From Nemertoderma westbladi (Eukaryota > Animalia > Xenacoelomorpha), in NCBI GenBank assembly GCA_032718475.1, contig JAUCBJ010008261.1, forward strand, positions 1 to 64,000: 64,000 nucleotides of DNA, read 5' to 3'. Position numbers and translations under genes: made by a program. Below, in pieces: positions 1 through 12,870 of this stretch (the stretch's first letter is position 1; the number at the start of each line of letters is the position of its first letter). The notes beneath the pieces are model-generated. The model was given only the letters and a program-made list of their open reading frames with translations. It ran no database searches and was not told the DNA's origin.

Positions 1-562
1 TAAATCAGGAATCCCATATAATGAAGGTATGCTGAACATACGTGAGCGAGAGACTGAATCAAAGGCCTTGAAGAAGTCAACAAAGATAACAGCCAGATGC
101 ATGTCTTTCTTTTTTGATATCTCTTCAATTATCCTTCTAAGTGCCAAAATGGGCTCCATGGTCCCACGACTTTTACGGAACCCATTCTGATTTCCACGGA
201 GCAGTCTCTCAATGGGATCCCTGATGCGATTTAATATAATTATATTGTATAGGTTTGCAGCAATCGAGATCAATGAGATTCCCCGAAAAGAATCATAGAG
301 TGTTTGGTTGCCCTTCTTGGGAACTGGCACCAACTTATTTGTTTTCATTTCTTGTGGGACTCTTGTTGTTCGGTACATGTCTACTATGATGGGATAGATG
401 AGCTTTAAACACTCAGGTATTTTAAAGACCTCAGGGGGAACACCATCTACTCCACTGGCACGATTGGTCTTAATGCTCTTTGCAGCAGCCTTCACTTCTG
501 CAAAGGAGATATCACCAATGGGAATATCTGGGAGTGCAGACTCAGTCACTTTTACTTCTATA
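1..562 (-). pseudogene. RTE-clade LINE reverse transcriptase fragment (runs off the window start)
   Basis: Minus strand reads IEVKVTESALPDIPIGDISFAEVKAAAKSIKTNRASGVDGVPPEVFK...VPVPKKGN...FRGISLISIAANLY...LRGNQNGFRKSRGT...IFVDFFKAFDSV, the N-terminal motifs of a non-LTR RT. Its first ~80 bp are nearly identical to the element at 60212-60296. Confidence 0.9.
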
Positions 563-1809
563 ATAGTCTTTATAATAGTTCTTTGATAAGTAATAAAACA
601 TAAGGAGATCGATCAGAGGGCTGATGTTCTAGAGCACACAACATTTAGAATACGTTTTTATGTAAATTCAAAGTAACAATAATAAATGTTGTAAACGTTC
701 GTACCGGTATATATATTCCGCTGTATAATGTGCAGCGCTCCTGAATATTATTAAGAAAGTGAATATGTAGACATATAAATATTATACAGAATAAACGCGC
801 TGGGTTGGATTTAGGATAATCTCAAATCAGTATCTTTCCCTCATATACCCACAATTGTAAAACCAACAGAATCGGCCACGCCAGTATATAGTGACTGCTA
901 GTGTATTACGACTCAGTGATAGATAGATAATACATGATGCCAAAACAAAACAAATACAGCAAACAATGTATAATAATGTATATATATATATATATTGTCC
1001 AATACTAGAACGCCATCAAGATGGCTTTAAACGAACCTGTCTTAAACAGACTCCAAGAAACAGATGGGATTGGAAGATGCAAACCAAGAATGACTTGCAT
1101 CAACCAAAAAACTGCCTCCCATCTAATGTAATACACATTCGCCTAGGCAAACTAATCATAATCACAATTACTGCGATGTGTGAAATGTTATCCATATCCA
1201 CATCCACAACCTGGGAAACGGTCCAAAAGAGCAGTTTATTCTGCGGAGGGGTCTTTCTGTATTAGATAAATAAAATAAAGAACACTAATTATTTATACCT
1301 AATACATTATCAGTTAGCCTAATAAAAACATCGGAGCAACCAATATAATGTACATGTACAAGCCTCCTATGAAAATTTGTGAAATCTTCCATAAGTCTAC
1401 CCAACAGCCGTTGGTACCCGGCTGGCTTACAATTGAGCTTATCCTGAGTTGATGACAGTATTATAACGATGACAATTAGGCCCTATAGATACATACGATA
1501 TATAAATGATGTACTGCTTGATATTACACTAACTGACAGAATAGAGATAGAACAATAATTAATGATATAATTAATGTACGTAACTCCAATTGACAATAAG
1601 TAGTGAAATGATGTTCAGCTGTAAAAGTGTAGTTGTAGGTATTTAATTTCGCGTTGAATAATGTTGAAAATATGCTGATAATTCGAATATCGCACATCGA
1701 ATCGTTGCCAACTTTTTTTATTCAACAACTAGTTACTAATTGATAGATAGTCGCGTTAAAAAATTTTGCGTACCTGCTTAAGTTTTTGAGATATTGGATG
1801 GTTTTACAA

Positions 1810-1860
1810 TACACACAGACACACACCCCCCCACACACACAAACACACACACAAACACAT
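1810..1860. repeat. Imperfect (CA)n microsatellite
   Basis: acacacagacacacacccccccacacacacaaacacacacacaaacaca seen directly. Confidence 0.8.
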
Positions 1861-2265
1861 TGTGTTTTTGAACTGCTCAACTCTTGACAAGATCTACCCA
1901 GTCTAAAGACAGGTTCGTTATAACATATATGATTACAACTAAAGTTTTGCAGTATTATTTCTAAGGGGGTTCTAGATGTTACTTGGTTACAAATACAATA
2001 TTACACAAATACGCTACGCTAACCTAAAACTAATATAAAACGTAATTATTGAAAATGTGGCGTGAGTGACTCTATAGATGAAATTTAAATAACGGTTGAA
2101 ATAGTAGTACCTAGTACCATCTAGAAATTTAGTATATAATAGCGAAAATGTTCGTGAATCCTAAACAAAACATACAAGAGAAATGGCCAATATTATATAC
2201 TGTATTTATACCCTTGTTAAGTAATCCAGAAATTTAACAATAAAACAACATATTACTTTATATAT

Positions 2266-2395
2266 ATTGTGTATAATGTACCTTTATCTCACTTCGATTC
2301 CTCGTTTCAATATTCCACTCACTCGTTTCGCTCGTTCGTGTAGATATTAACACTCGGGACCGGCGTGAGATAAAGTGCTACATTATACACAACAT
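2266..2395. mobile_element. Short hairpin-type non-autonomous element
   Basis: Arms ttgtgtataatgta..ctttatctcac / gtgagataaag..tacattatacacaa flank a ctcgtttcgctcg core. A similar structure lies in the opposite orientation at ~55270-55410. Confidence 0.55.
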
Positions 2396-3089
2396 AATAA
2401 ATAGTTATTATCTAATGAAAGGCAAGTAAAGCATCATGCCAAATTTGTAAAGACGAATTGTTTAATAATTGCTTTTTCGATAACAAATTAATGTTCCTTC
2501 GTTAGGCACGCCTCTTCTTTAGGTTAATCAGGGTATGCACACCATACCTTTCCTCCCATGTTTTAAAAAAACTAGTTAGGCCTACTGTACTTTTTAAAGA
2601 TTTGTTTGAAATGTTCTAAAACATGTTGAAGTAATATGAAAAGGTTCAAGAACAAATATGTTTGTTCTATAACGTTAGATGTTCAAAATTTTAAAAAATG
2701 TTCTAGAAAAAGAAAAAATTGTTCTGGAATACTATAGTGAATGTTTCCTAGATCATTAAAAAATATAAAAATCTAGCTATATTTGCATATGATTTTTAAA
2801 ATTAATTATATTCAATAAGAATTAAAGAAAAATAATATTTTATTGTTAAATTTCTGGATTACTTAACGCTCGTCTATGGACGAGCGGTAAATAATCCACC
2901 TATTTATTTCTCGGTACTGGTTCAGTATGCGTACACCCCCCACCAAAATTTATTTACAAGTTAGTTTTTGATAATTTATTTTTATGTACCAGAACATGTT
3001 AGCTATTGTACTTTGAAAAAATTAATGTTCTAGTACAACTATTTTAGACTAAAGCTGGTTTGTATTTAAAAAGTATGGGATGTAAAAGG

Positions 3090-3560
3090 GGAACAGTTCC
3101 GCCCGTGCCAACATTTTCGTTGTTTTTTTTTTCAACAACTTTTCATGCTTTTTTTGTCAGTTTTTTTTCTTGCTAAATGTTCTAGAACGTATTTGAATGT
3201 TCTAGAACTTGCAAAAAAGTACTAGAACATTTTAATTGTGAATTTTCGAGAAAATAATTTTCTTTTAAAAAGAAAATTAGTAATAAAATTGTCAAATTTT
3301 ATTATTTTGTATGCTATTTTGCCTGTTTTTTGATTTATATGAGTTCTAGAACATTTATTAAATGTTCTAGAACTTGTACCAAATGTCGTAGAACATTTTA
3401 ATTAACAATTTTCGATAAAAAAAATTCTGGAATATTTGTTCTTTTAAAATAAATTATTAAATTGATTGTTTAATTTAAAAAAAATTGGAATACAGAACAA
3501 CTAACCATAACGATAGCATTCTAGAACAATTTTTAAAATGTTAGCTAGGGCTATTAATGA
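3090..3560. repeat. Dispersed repeat rich in GTTCTAGAAC; inverted copy at ~14715-15147
   Basis: gaacagttccgcccgtgccaacattttcgttgttttttt... is the reverse complement of ...aaaacaacgaaaatgttggcacatacggaactgttcc ending near 15147. Confidence 0.7.
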
Positions 3561-4000
3561 GTACGCGGCCTACACTATAATGGCAACATTTAAGTGTTCT
3601 AGAACAATATAAAAGTATCCTATACTATTCTAGAACATAAATAAAATAAAAAAAATAATCTTCTAGAAAATATAGCTAGTTTTATTTTAATTTTAAAATC
3701 GCTAGTAAATTAAAAAACATAATTATTTATAAATAAGTTTCTGAATAGGCCTACATTTAAATTAATATTGATTAAATAATGTATTTGTATAACGATGTAG
3801 GCCTAACTTAGTTTATTTATCCAATGGGAATTGGCTTTTGTTTGTTGGCCTTTAATATTAATTTTCCTTTTCTTATAATATGTTGCCTCCTCGTGTATTC
3901 TGTCAGTTTATCGTAGAATATCTCTTCATAGTTAATGCACTCCACAGCCTCACACAAATTTCTGGCGTTGTAAATTTTTCTTATTTATAGTACAGTATTG

Positions 4001-5017
4001 GGAAGCAGGACAATTCAGTACGGACAATTCGGTCCCGGACAATTCGGTCCCGGAAAATTCGTGGACAATTAATTTTGTGTTTTGGGACCGAATTGTCCGA
4101 TACCGAATTGTCGGGATACTGTCTAGGACAATTCGGTCCCAAAACATACATATTAGCCTAATGGGACCGAATTGTCTTGGACCGAATTATGCGGGACCAA
4201 ATTTAATTGGTACTATATAATGGTGAATGTTCTAGAAACTTAATAGCTTTTATTATATGGTAACTAGTGATGTTGTTGGTTCGTTAACAAGCCTAAATTA
4301 TTATACTAGATAATAGCTGAATCTCATTCAGGGACACTTTGCTGAATTTAGATAAAAAAAACTGTACCGCCACACGATGTTCAGCTTAAACTGTTATAAT
4401 ATCATCAGTATTTTTGGTAATTATTCTTCAACAGTTTAGGCCTAATTCTGAAATATCAATGTTTTCACCAATTTTTTTGTAATTTGAAGAAAATGCTAGC
4501 TAGTAAAAAAATCACTAGCTTCACCTTAATAAATAAAATATAATAATATTTACCTTATAACAAAAAATAAAAAAAAATATAGTTTTTTTTTTAATTTAAA
4601 ATAATTCTAGCTAGTAAAAAAACACTAGCTACCGGTATACCTTAATAATAAATAAAATATAATAATATTCTCGAACACTTACCAATAACAAAAATAAAAA
4701 AAAATACAGTATTTTTAAAATTAAAAAAAATAATACAGTAGCTAGTAAAAAAACACTATATCATAAAAAAAAATAAATCTACTAACATTCTAGAACATTC
4801 ACCAATATCAAAAAAGCACTAAAAACTTGCTATCAGGAACAATTCGGACAATTCGGTCCCGGACAATTCGGTCCCGGACAATTCGGTCTCTTTTATTCAG
4901 TGTTTTGAGACCGAATTGTCAGGGACCGAATTGTCCGGGACCGAATTGTCCGGACAGAATTGTCCGTGACCGAATTGTCCGGGACCGAATTGTCCGGGAC
5001 CGAATTATCCTACATCC
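4001..5017. mobile_element. Foldback-type MITE with 15-bp subterminal repeats (GGACAATTCGGTCCC) in both orientations
   Basis: Termini GGAAGCAGGACAATTC / GAATTATCCTACATCC are imperfect inverted repeats. Arrays lie at 4009-4200 and 4838-5010. TSD not resolved. Confidence 0.6.
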
Positions 5018-5917
5018 ATGGTATTGTATTGTATTTATTTATGTTTGTGCATTTAGCACCCCAAACATTTTTTTAAAATTTCTTTAATTACTATCTATTA
5101 TAATTTTGAAAAATAACTAGCTATATGTTCTAGAAAATTATATTTTTTATTTTATTTATGTTCTAGAACAGTGTATAATATTTATATTTTGTTATAGAAC
5201 TCTACAACGTTGCCATGGTACAGTAACAATGATTTATGTTATAAAAATGCAGTTCTATACGGAACTGTTACCATTTTTACTAGCTATAATTATAAATTAT
5301 TACTTGAGTACATAAAATTACTAGATATATATGTTAATTATACAAAAAAGTGTTAAAAATACAAAAAACCGAAAGGTGCAAAAAGAACCGTTCCCAAAAA
5401 TAATAGGTAAACTCTCTCAGAAGGTGAAATTTACGTTCTAGAACAAAAAACATCATGATAATATCTATTAACCTTCTATTTCCCAACCCTCTTTAAATCT
5501 GAGCAAATTCGTTGAAATTTTTGAAACCGTTTTAAATCGTGTCAACTTAAACTATGCAAAAAAAATTTTTTCATTGCGCCTATTAGTTTTCTCAAAAAAG
5601 ACCTGTTCCCATTTGGGAACACTGGCATCACAGCAAATCCAATATATTTTATATAATAACAAAAATAAAAAGTTGTGATTCAAAATATTAAAAACTACAA
5701 ACAGACTCCAATTGTATAGACTTTTATACAATTTTATTGGTCTTGGGGCCATCTTTCATGTCCCATTTGGGAACACTGGTGATGTTTTTTGGGTGATTTG
5801 AATTAGTAAACGATGGTGAGGGATTTTGTTTGATTTGAATTACTTTACAACTTAGGGAGATGCTTTGGTTGAAATTATATTTTACTATTAAGAACCACGT
5901 CAGTCCCATTTGGAAAC

Positions 5918-6043
5918 AGATCTATTTTCGAGTCCTGAGCCGAGCCAACACGCTCTACTGCGCTCCATTAGATCTATTCTCACGTCCTGAACCGAGCCAA
6001 CACACCTTATTGCGCTCCACTAGACCTGTTCTTGCATCACGAG
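5918..6043 (+). repeat. 52-bp satellite, left remnant (~2.4 units)
   Basis: Same unit and orientation as 15626-17150; register continues across the insertion. Confidence 0.85.
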
Positions 6044-7576
6044 CAAGGCGTACTATTTACAAGGCCATGCCATCGAGTTAACTGGGGGCAGTGACTGGGG
6101 GCAAGATTTTTTTTTACAACAATTTGATATTTTGATATTGGGAGAGTTCTATAAATTTTCATTTGCTGCAATTTGGTCAATGGGTGTAATTGAAGCATCC
6201 TCGTTAAGTAAGATACAAAATTTTATGGTAACTGTTGTTTTGGAAAGGTTTAGCTAGTAATTTCGACACTGGTTCCCTCATCCTACTTCCCTCTATAAAT
6301 ATTTTGTAGTAGCTAGTTCTTATCACTAATTGTATAGAAAATGTTCCAGAAGATGATAGATATTCATTTTTTAAAAGAAAATTATGTTCTAGACCAAATA
6401 TTTTTGGTATTACTACACCTTGGGTCACACCTGACAAATTTAATTATAAGCATGTTTTATAGTGTTTTATAATATTGTTATTATATATATTATTATATAT
6501 TATTATATATATTATTAATATACATTGTATATATATATATTATTATATATTATTATATATATATATGTATATGTATAACGAACCTTTTACGCCCAAAGAA
6601 TATGTAAAACGGTTTACGTATGCAGTGGCGATTTCGTTCCCAAATATATATTGACGTTCTGTACACATTCGAAGATACTTTGTAAAGCGCATGAAAATAA
6701 TTAGTGTATACAGTAGCGTTTTCGTCAAGAAAAAATTCGTCAAAACTTACGATCTTTTAAAAAAACGCAGTATGTTAGTTTTATACAGTATATTTAATAA
6801 AAATTGTTAAGTGTAGGTTAACTTTACTGACTTTCAAGTACTGTACAAGTAGAGTAGTTGTATTGAGTAGGATATCAGCCTACTGTATATACAGTAGTGC
6901 AAAACTACTGTAGGCCTACTATACATTCCGATTATTCTGTGTTTCGGTTTATTTATTATTTAATTATTAATTCACAGCCAAGTTTGATATATTTTGTTTT
7001 ATTAAAACCCTATATCACTATATAACCTGACAATTTCAAATGGGAAGGGGGGGGGATATACGCAAGAAATATTTAACCTACTTCAAGGGAAAATCGATGC
7101 GCAAATACCACCAACCAGCAAGAATGAAATGGGAACTTACGATATAAACTCTCATGTCACTCAGTTTCCCCTTTCTTCACACATTTATTCCCCTTGTAAG
7201 CTTAATCCATGCTTTGTTAGCGTTAGGTAAACATGCGAACATTGAACATACAATTTCATTTCAGACGTTAATAAAATTCCGTTTTGACGACCAACAAGTT
7301 ACATTACATACTGTAGTAGGCCTATGTAAAAAATGAACAATGATACGTAAAGTCAATCGCCAGAGACTACTTGACTTTACCTGACATACTTGACTTGACA
7401 TTGCATTGACTTGAAATATACCCCATTTGGCTTTGTCATCCTTCAGTTGATATACTTCAATTCTCATACTTGATTTGACATACACATACTTGACTTGAAA
7501 TTCTTCTGCCAAGATAAGTCAAATAATATGCTAAGTTAAGTACGTCAACTTTAAGTCAAGTATAGTGATCACTTAA

Positions 7577-9131
7577 CCCTATTAGTACCGGGCTATAAAA
7601 TGCTGTACAAATACCGGGGGGGGGGGTCATATTGACCCCTCCCTCTAAAATCTACAAATATTAACGAAAACGTCTGATTTTTTGTTTGTACGTAGGTATC
7701 ACTAGTCTGGATCCGACGGAAAAAAAAATTTTTCGAAAAAATGTACTGGGATGGTTATATTGCAGCACCAAAATTAAAAGTAGAGCACAATTTTCACAAA
7801 ATTTGAAAGTTACATTTTTCGGGTAATTGTTGTTCAATACAGGTTTTCTGGGGCTCAAAATGCATTGGAAAATATTTAAAAATGATATGATTACTATAAA
7901 TGGCTGTTTAGTCCTCTCTGCGTAGAAAAAAAATGAAAAAAACAAGTAACCAGCACTTTTCAGTTACAACACAAAATTTTTAATTCACTTATACGATGCT
8001 ATAAATTCTCATTTTCAGGTTTTCGAGGGCGCTGATTCTAATGGAATACATTTCTAATATGCCAGATCAATGCTACTTCTATTTTTCGGCGTAATTTGGC
8101 AAATTTTGGTGCTAGCACCAAATTTCGTACCCATCACCTAAAAGTACAAGTTTGCGATGTCCAGTGCTGTTTTTATTGATTTTATCGGATTCAGGACCCT
8201 CATAAACCCGTATAACGCAAGAAACAAGGTGATACTATCTACTGATCAATTTGCATATTTTCCAAAATTTGGTGCTGGCACAACAATTTTCACCCACCGG
8301 CGAAAAATACAAGTTTGAGAAATCTTATGAAATTTTTACTGATTCCATTGAATTCAGAACCATCACAAACCCGTATAACGCAAAAAACAAGGTGACACAA
8401 TCAATTGATATATTTGATGGTTTTCAAAATTTGGTGCTAGCACAACATTTTGCACCCACATCCGAAAAATACAAGTTTGAGATGTCTAGTTCGATAATTA
8501 TATTTTCCATTGAATTCAGAACAGCCATAAACCTCTAAAACGCAAGAAATAAATTGTCACAAGCAGTTTTATCTATTGAATGGATTTTCAAAATTTCGTG
8601 CTAGCACCAAAATTTGCACACAGCACCGAAAAATACAAGTTTGATACGCTTGGTGCAACTCGTATATATTTCATCGAATACAGAACCCCAAAAAACCCCA
8701 ATAGCGTAAAAAACAAGTTTCAAACAATCAATTTTCAAAATTGACTTATTTCAAAATTTGGTGCTGGCACCAAAATTTGGCACCCACCGAAAAAAACAAG
8801 TTTGAAATTTCTAAATAAATTTATATGAATTCCATCCAATTTCTAACACCAAAAAACCGGTGTAAATCAAAAATAGAGATGTTACAATTCATATTTATTG
8901 AAATGTAATTTTCAAAAAACGTCTCAAAAAAAGTGCCAAAAGTAGGGTTAAAAAATGGTGCTATAACTCGAAAAGTACCCAATATTTTTGAAAACGGTTT
9001 TCACTACTAGGAAGACAATAGATTTTTAGGAAAAGTCATAAAATTTCAGATTCCCAACTGCGTTTGTTTCAGAATTATAATAAAAAAACCACGGGAGGGG
9101 TCATATTGACCCCCCCCCGGGTTTAATAGGG
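7577..9131. mobile_element. Non-autonomous piggyBac-like element
   Basis: TTAA at 7573-7576 and 9132-9135. Termini CCCTATTA...TAATAGGG, with subterminal palindromes ggggtcatattgacccc at both ends. An empty-site-like paralog (gtgatcacTTAAacaggctat) is on the minus strand at ~12363-12383. Confidence 0.85.
8100..8870 (+). repeat. Degenerate ~163-bp tandem repeat (~5 units) inside the piggyBac-like element
   Basis: aaattt(g)gtgct(a/g)gcac...aaaatacaagtttga recurs at ~8105, 8268, 8430, 8595 and 8757. Confidence 0.75.
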
Positions 9132-9139
9132 TTAAACAT

Positions 9140-12100
9140 AAACAGGCTATGATTTCTACATTATTTATGCATACATTTTGTCATTGTCACCACTATATTT
9201 CGTCAATTTAAGTCGATGAAATGCCAAAGGTAGGAAAAAATAAACATTTAAAGTCACAAATACGCCACAAATAATCCAAGTCGACATTTTATATATAGGA
9301 ATAATGTAACAAATTCTCCAATCGGTGTTGATAAAACGCCTTTCGTATAAAAAATAAATCTAAAGGGTTACAAATACGTCACATACAAAGCTTGTCTTCA
9401 CATCGCGGAAAGTTTTGCTATCAGTCGCATTTTTTCTAAGCCCTGACATATTAGGCATTAAGCCTATTTATATTAAGCCTACTGTACCAGACTGAAAATG
9501 ATATTTTTTAGATTGTTGGCTGGTCATATTTACTTAACATACTGTACTTTATTTGACATACAGTATTTGACTTAGCATACTCTACTTGACATAATTGACT
9601 TGACATACTTGACAAAGTTGATTTCACTTGATATACTTGGCTTGACATACTAAACTTGACTTGACATGTTTGAATTGACCTGACTTGAAATTCTTCAGTA
9701 AAGACAAGTCAAATAGGTAAATTCAAGTCAAGTATTCCAAGTTAAGTAAAGTAGGCCTTAACGTCAACTTATGTCAAGTTTAGTGATTACTATAACAGGC
9801 TTATGGATGACTACTACATTCTGTAAGTTTAAATTTTTTTAATGTCACCACTTAATCGCATAATGGAACTATTTAGTCAATTGAAGTCGATAAAACTCCA
9901 AAATGTAGAAAAAAAATTAATATTTAAAGTCACAAATAATACAAATAATATAATTGGACATTTTATATTGTAGAAAAATGTATAATGTAGCAAATTCTAC
10001 AAATCGGTGTCGATGAAACGCCATTTGAATAAAACAATAAATCTAAAGGGTTACAAATACGTCAAAAATAAAGCCAAGTCGCAGAGGAAAGAATAAAACT
10101 AGAGATTTTAACTGAACATTATTTAGAAAAAATATCTTGGGCTGAAAAACTAATGGAATAACTGGCATTTTAAACTGAAACTTGTCCTCACATATCGGAA
10201 AAAGTTGCTTTCAGTCGTACAATTTCTAAGCCCTGACATTGTGCGTGCATTAGGCCTTTTTATATTACTGCACCAGACTGAAAATGATAATTTTTTAGAT
10301 TCTACTTTATAAAAAGAACACCGATTACCTGACATACTTGACATTGCATACTTGAGATGGCTTGACATACTTAAATTGAGATATGCCCCACTTCACTTGT
10401 CATACTTGATTTTATATGGGCTTGCTTGTCTTAACATACTGTATTTACTTGACATACAGTACTTGATTTGACATATTTGACTAACATACTTTACATGGCA
10501 TACTTGAATTAACTTGGCTTGACATACGTGACTTCCACTTGAAAGGCCTTGCTTTAATTTACATACTAGATATACTTGACTTGACATACTGCACTTGACT
10601 TGACATAATTGACTTCATATACTTGAATTAACCTGACTTGACATACTTGATTTAACATGGCTATATTACATCGTTTGACATACTATTCTTGATATAAGAA
10701 ATTGTCTCCCAGACATTATCTCAACTCAATTATTCTTGATATACTCATTCATTATACTATATACTTGTCTTGACATATTTGACTAACATACTTTACTTGA
10801 CATTCTTGACTTGACTTGACTTGGCCTTTACATAACTGACTTGAGATACTTGACTTCACTTGATAAACCGTGCTTGACTTGACATACTCGACTTTACTTG
10901 ATGCACTTGACTGATACACTTGATTCCATTATTTATGCATACATTTTTTCATTGTCACAACTTAATCGCATTATGAAACAATTTCATCAATTGAAGTCTA
11001 TAAAACGCCAAAGGTAGAAAAAAATAATAATCTGCACTAGGCCTACCGAAGGCCATTTTCGTTGAGGCTTTGAGGTTTTTGGTCAATCAGTTATTAGTCA
11101 TTAAATTCATTAGTTATAGACACTTGCTTCTTCTTATCGTTTTTACATTTTGATTGAAACATAATTCCAGGGTATATACCCCCCCCCCCCCCCCCCCCCC
11201 CCCCTCCTCCTATGCCTTAATATGGCTATGTCAGAGTGAAACGCGGGAGGCAACCTAAAGAGTCTATCTTCTTTCTCTTGGAAGTTGCCTGTAACCTACC
11301 TCATCAATTGCAGGTTGATTTAACTAAGATGTGCCAATAATGCTCCTACAGGAACCATCAGCTATTACAAAAAGCCCGATAAGTGTCAATCATCTATGTA
11401 ATCTTCAGGAAAACCAATTTCATAATATAATAGCCGATTTATCTGGAGTCCAGCCAATGGCATTCTAGAACGGTTTATGTAGCACAATGTAGCGACGTCC
11501 ATAAGTACGCTGATTTGCCAACCCTGCGAGTTAGTAAATATTCGGATTCTAGGCCTGGGACGGTATTATGATGGGGGGTGGTAGTGCTGGTGTCAAGTCT
11601 AGCATGTCAAGTCAAGTATATCAAAATAAATTAAAAATTAGAACCTTAACATTCCTACACCATTCCTGAATATAGTGTCTTTATTTTAGTGTCGATATTA
11701 TATTGCACCAGTTGCGCCGTTATTCTTCGTACTGTATTTATAGTGAATTTAGGGTTCCAAAGGAAAGGTATCATGGAAGCGTGTCAGAAAACGCGGCTAA
11801 AAGCGCGGAAAAAACGCATCAACGAAAATGACCTTCGGTAGGCCTAGTGCAAATTATTATTTGTTTTCTACCTTTGGCGTTTTATGGACTTCAATTAACG
11901 AAATTGTTTCATAATGCGATTAAGTTGTGACAATGAAAAAATGTATGCATAAATAATCACAAGGTATTCATAAGGTATATCATAAGGTAACAAAGTATTC
12001 ACAGTGTTGAAGTCAATGGCTTCTATGTCCAACTCAATTTATCGATTATACTCAATGTTATTGAGTTTATTATTTTCCTTAAAGTTACCCACTCTTCAAC

Positions 12101-12870
12101 ACATGTGTGTGAAAGTCAAAGCCAAGCTAACATTAAAGCATAGAACATCGCCGTGACCGTCACAAAAGTCGACCCCCCCCCCCCCCCCCCTGTCACAAAA
12201 TGTCACGCAAGCTCTACCCCCCCCCCCCCCCCCCCCCCTAGTGCGTGACATACTTTATGAACGCCCCCCTTGTCATTTTATCGACTTCAATTGACGAAAT
12301 AGTTCCATTATGCGATTAAGTTTTAACAATGAAAAAATTTATGCATAAATAATGTAGCAGACATAGCCTGTTTAAGTGATCACATTACTTGAGGCACTTG
12401 ACTTCTCTTGGCGGAAGAATTTCAAGTCATGAATTTCATTTCAAGTATGTCAAGTCTGGTCAATTCAAGTATGTCGGGTCAATTATTTTGTCAAGTCAAG
12501 TCCTAGTTTGTCAAGTAAAGTGTATCAAGTGAAGTCTAGTATGCCAAGTCAAGCACATTTATATCAAGTGAAGTCAAGTATCTCAAGTCAGTTATGTCAG
12601 GCCAAGTCATGTCAAGTCAATAATTTCAAGTCAAGTTAAATATGTTAAGTATTGTGTCAACCAATGTAATTTGGTAAACCAAGTTTGTCAAGTCAAGTAA
12701 TGTATGTTACGTAAATATGTCAACAGAAGTATATCAAATCAAGTAGGCCTATATCTTTAAGTTAAGTGGAGTATGACAAATAAAGTATGTCAAACCAAGA
12801 ATCACAAGCCATGTCAAGTACCGATATGTCAAATCAAGTATGACAAGTCAAGTATGTCAAATGAAGTTCA
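9140..12870. repeat. Large foldback region built from (CTTGA/TTGAC) low-complexity arrays
   Basis: acttgac-rich tracts at 7370-7510, 9540-9690 and 10330-10920 are mirrored by gtcaagt tracts at 12430-12865. Inner arms 10928-11065 and 11818-11957 are clear inverted repeats. The blocks starting at ~9160 and ~9830 are diverged direct duplicates. Confidence 0.7.

Noticed and set aside
966-1265. 99-aa ORF or host exon
   Set aside because: No recognisable motif on either strand and no supported splice structure.
3950-5087. ORFs with TIRSR/PNCPG/DRIVR repeats
   Set aside because: They are translations of the 15-bp MITE repeats.
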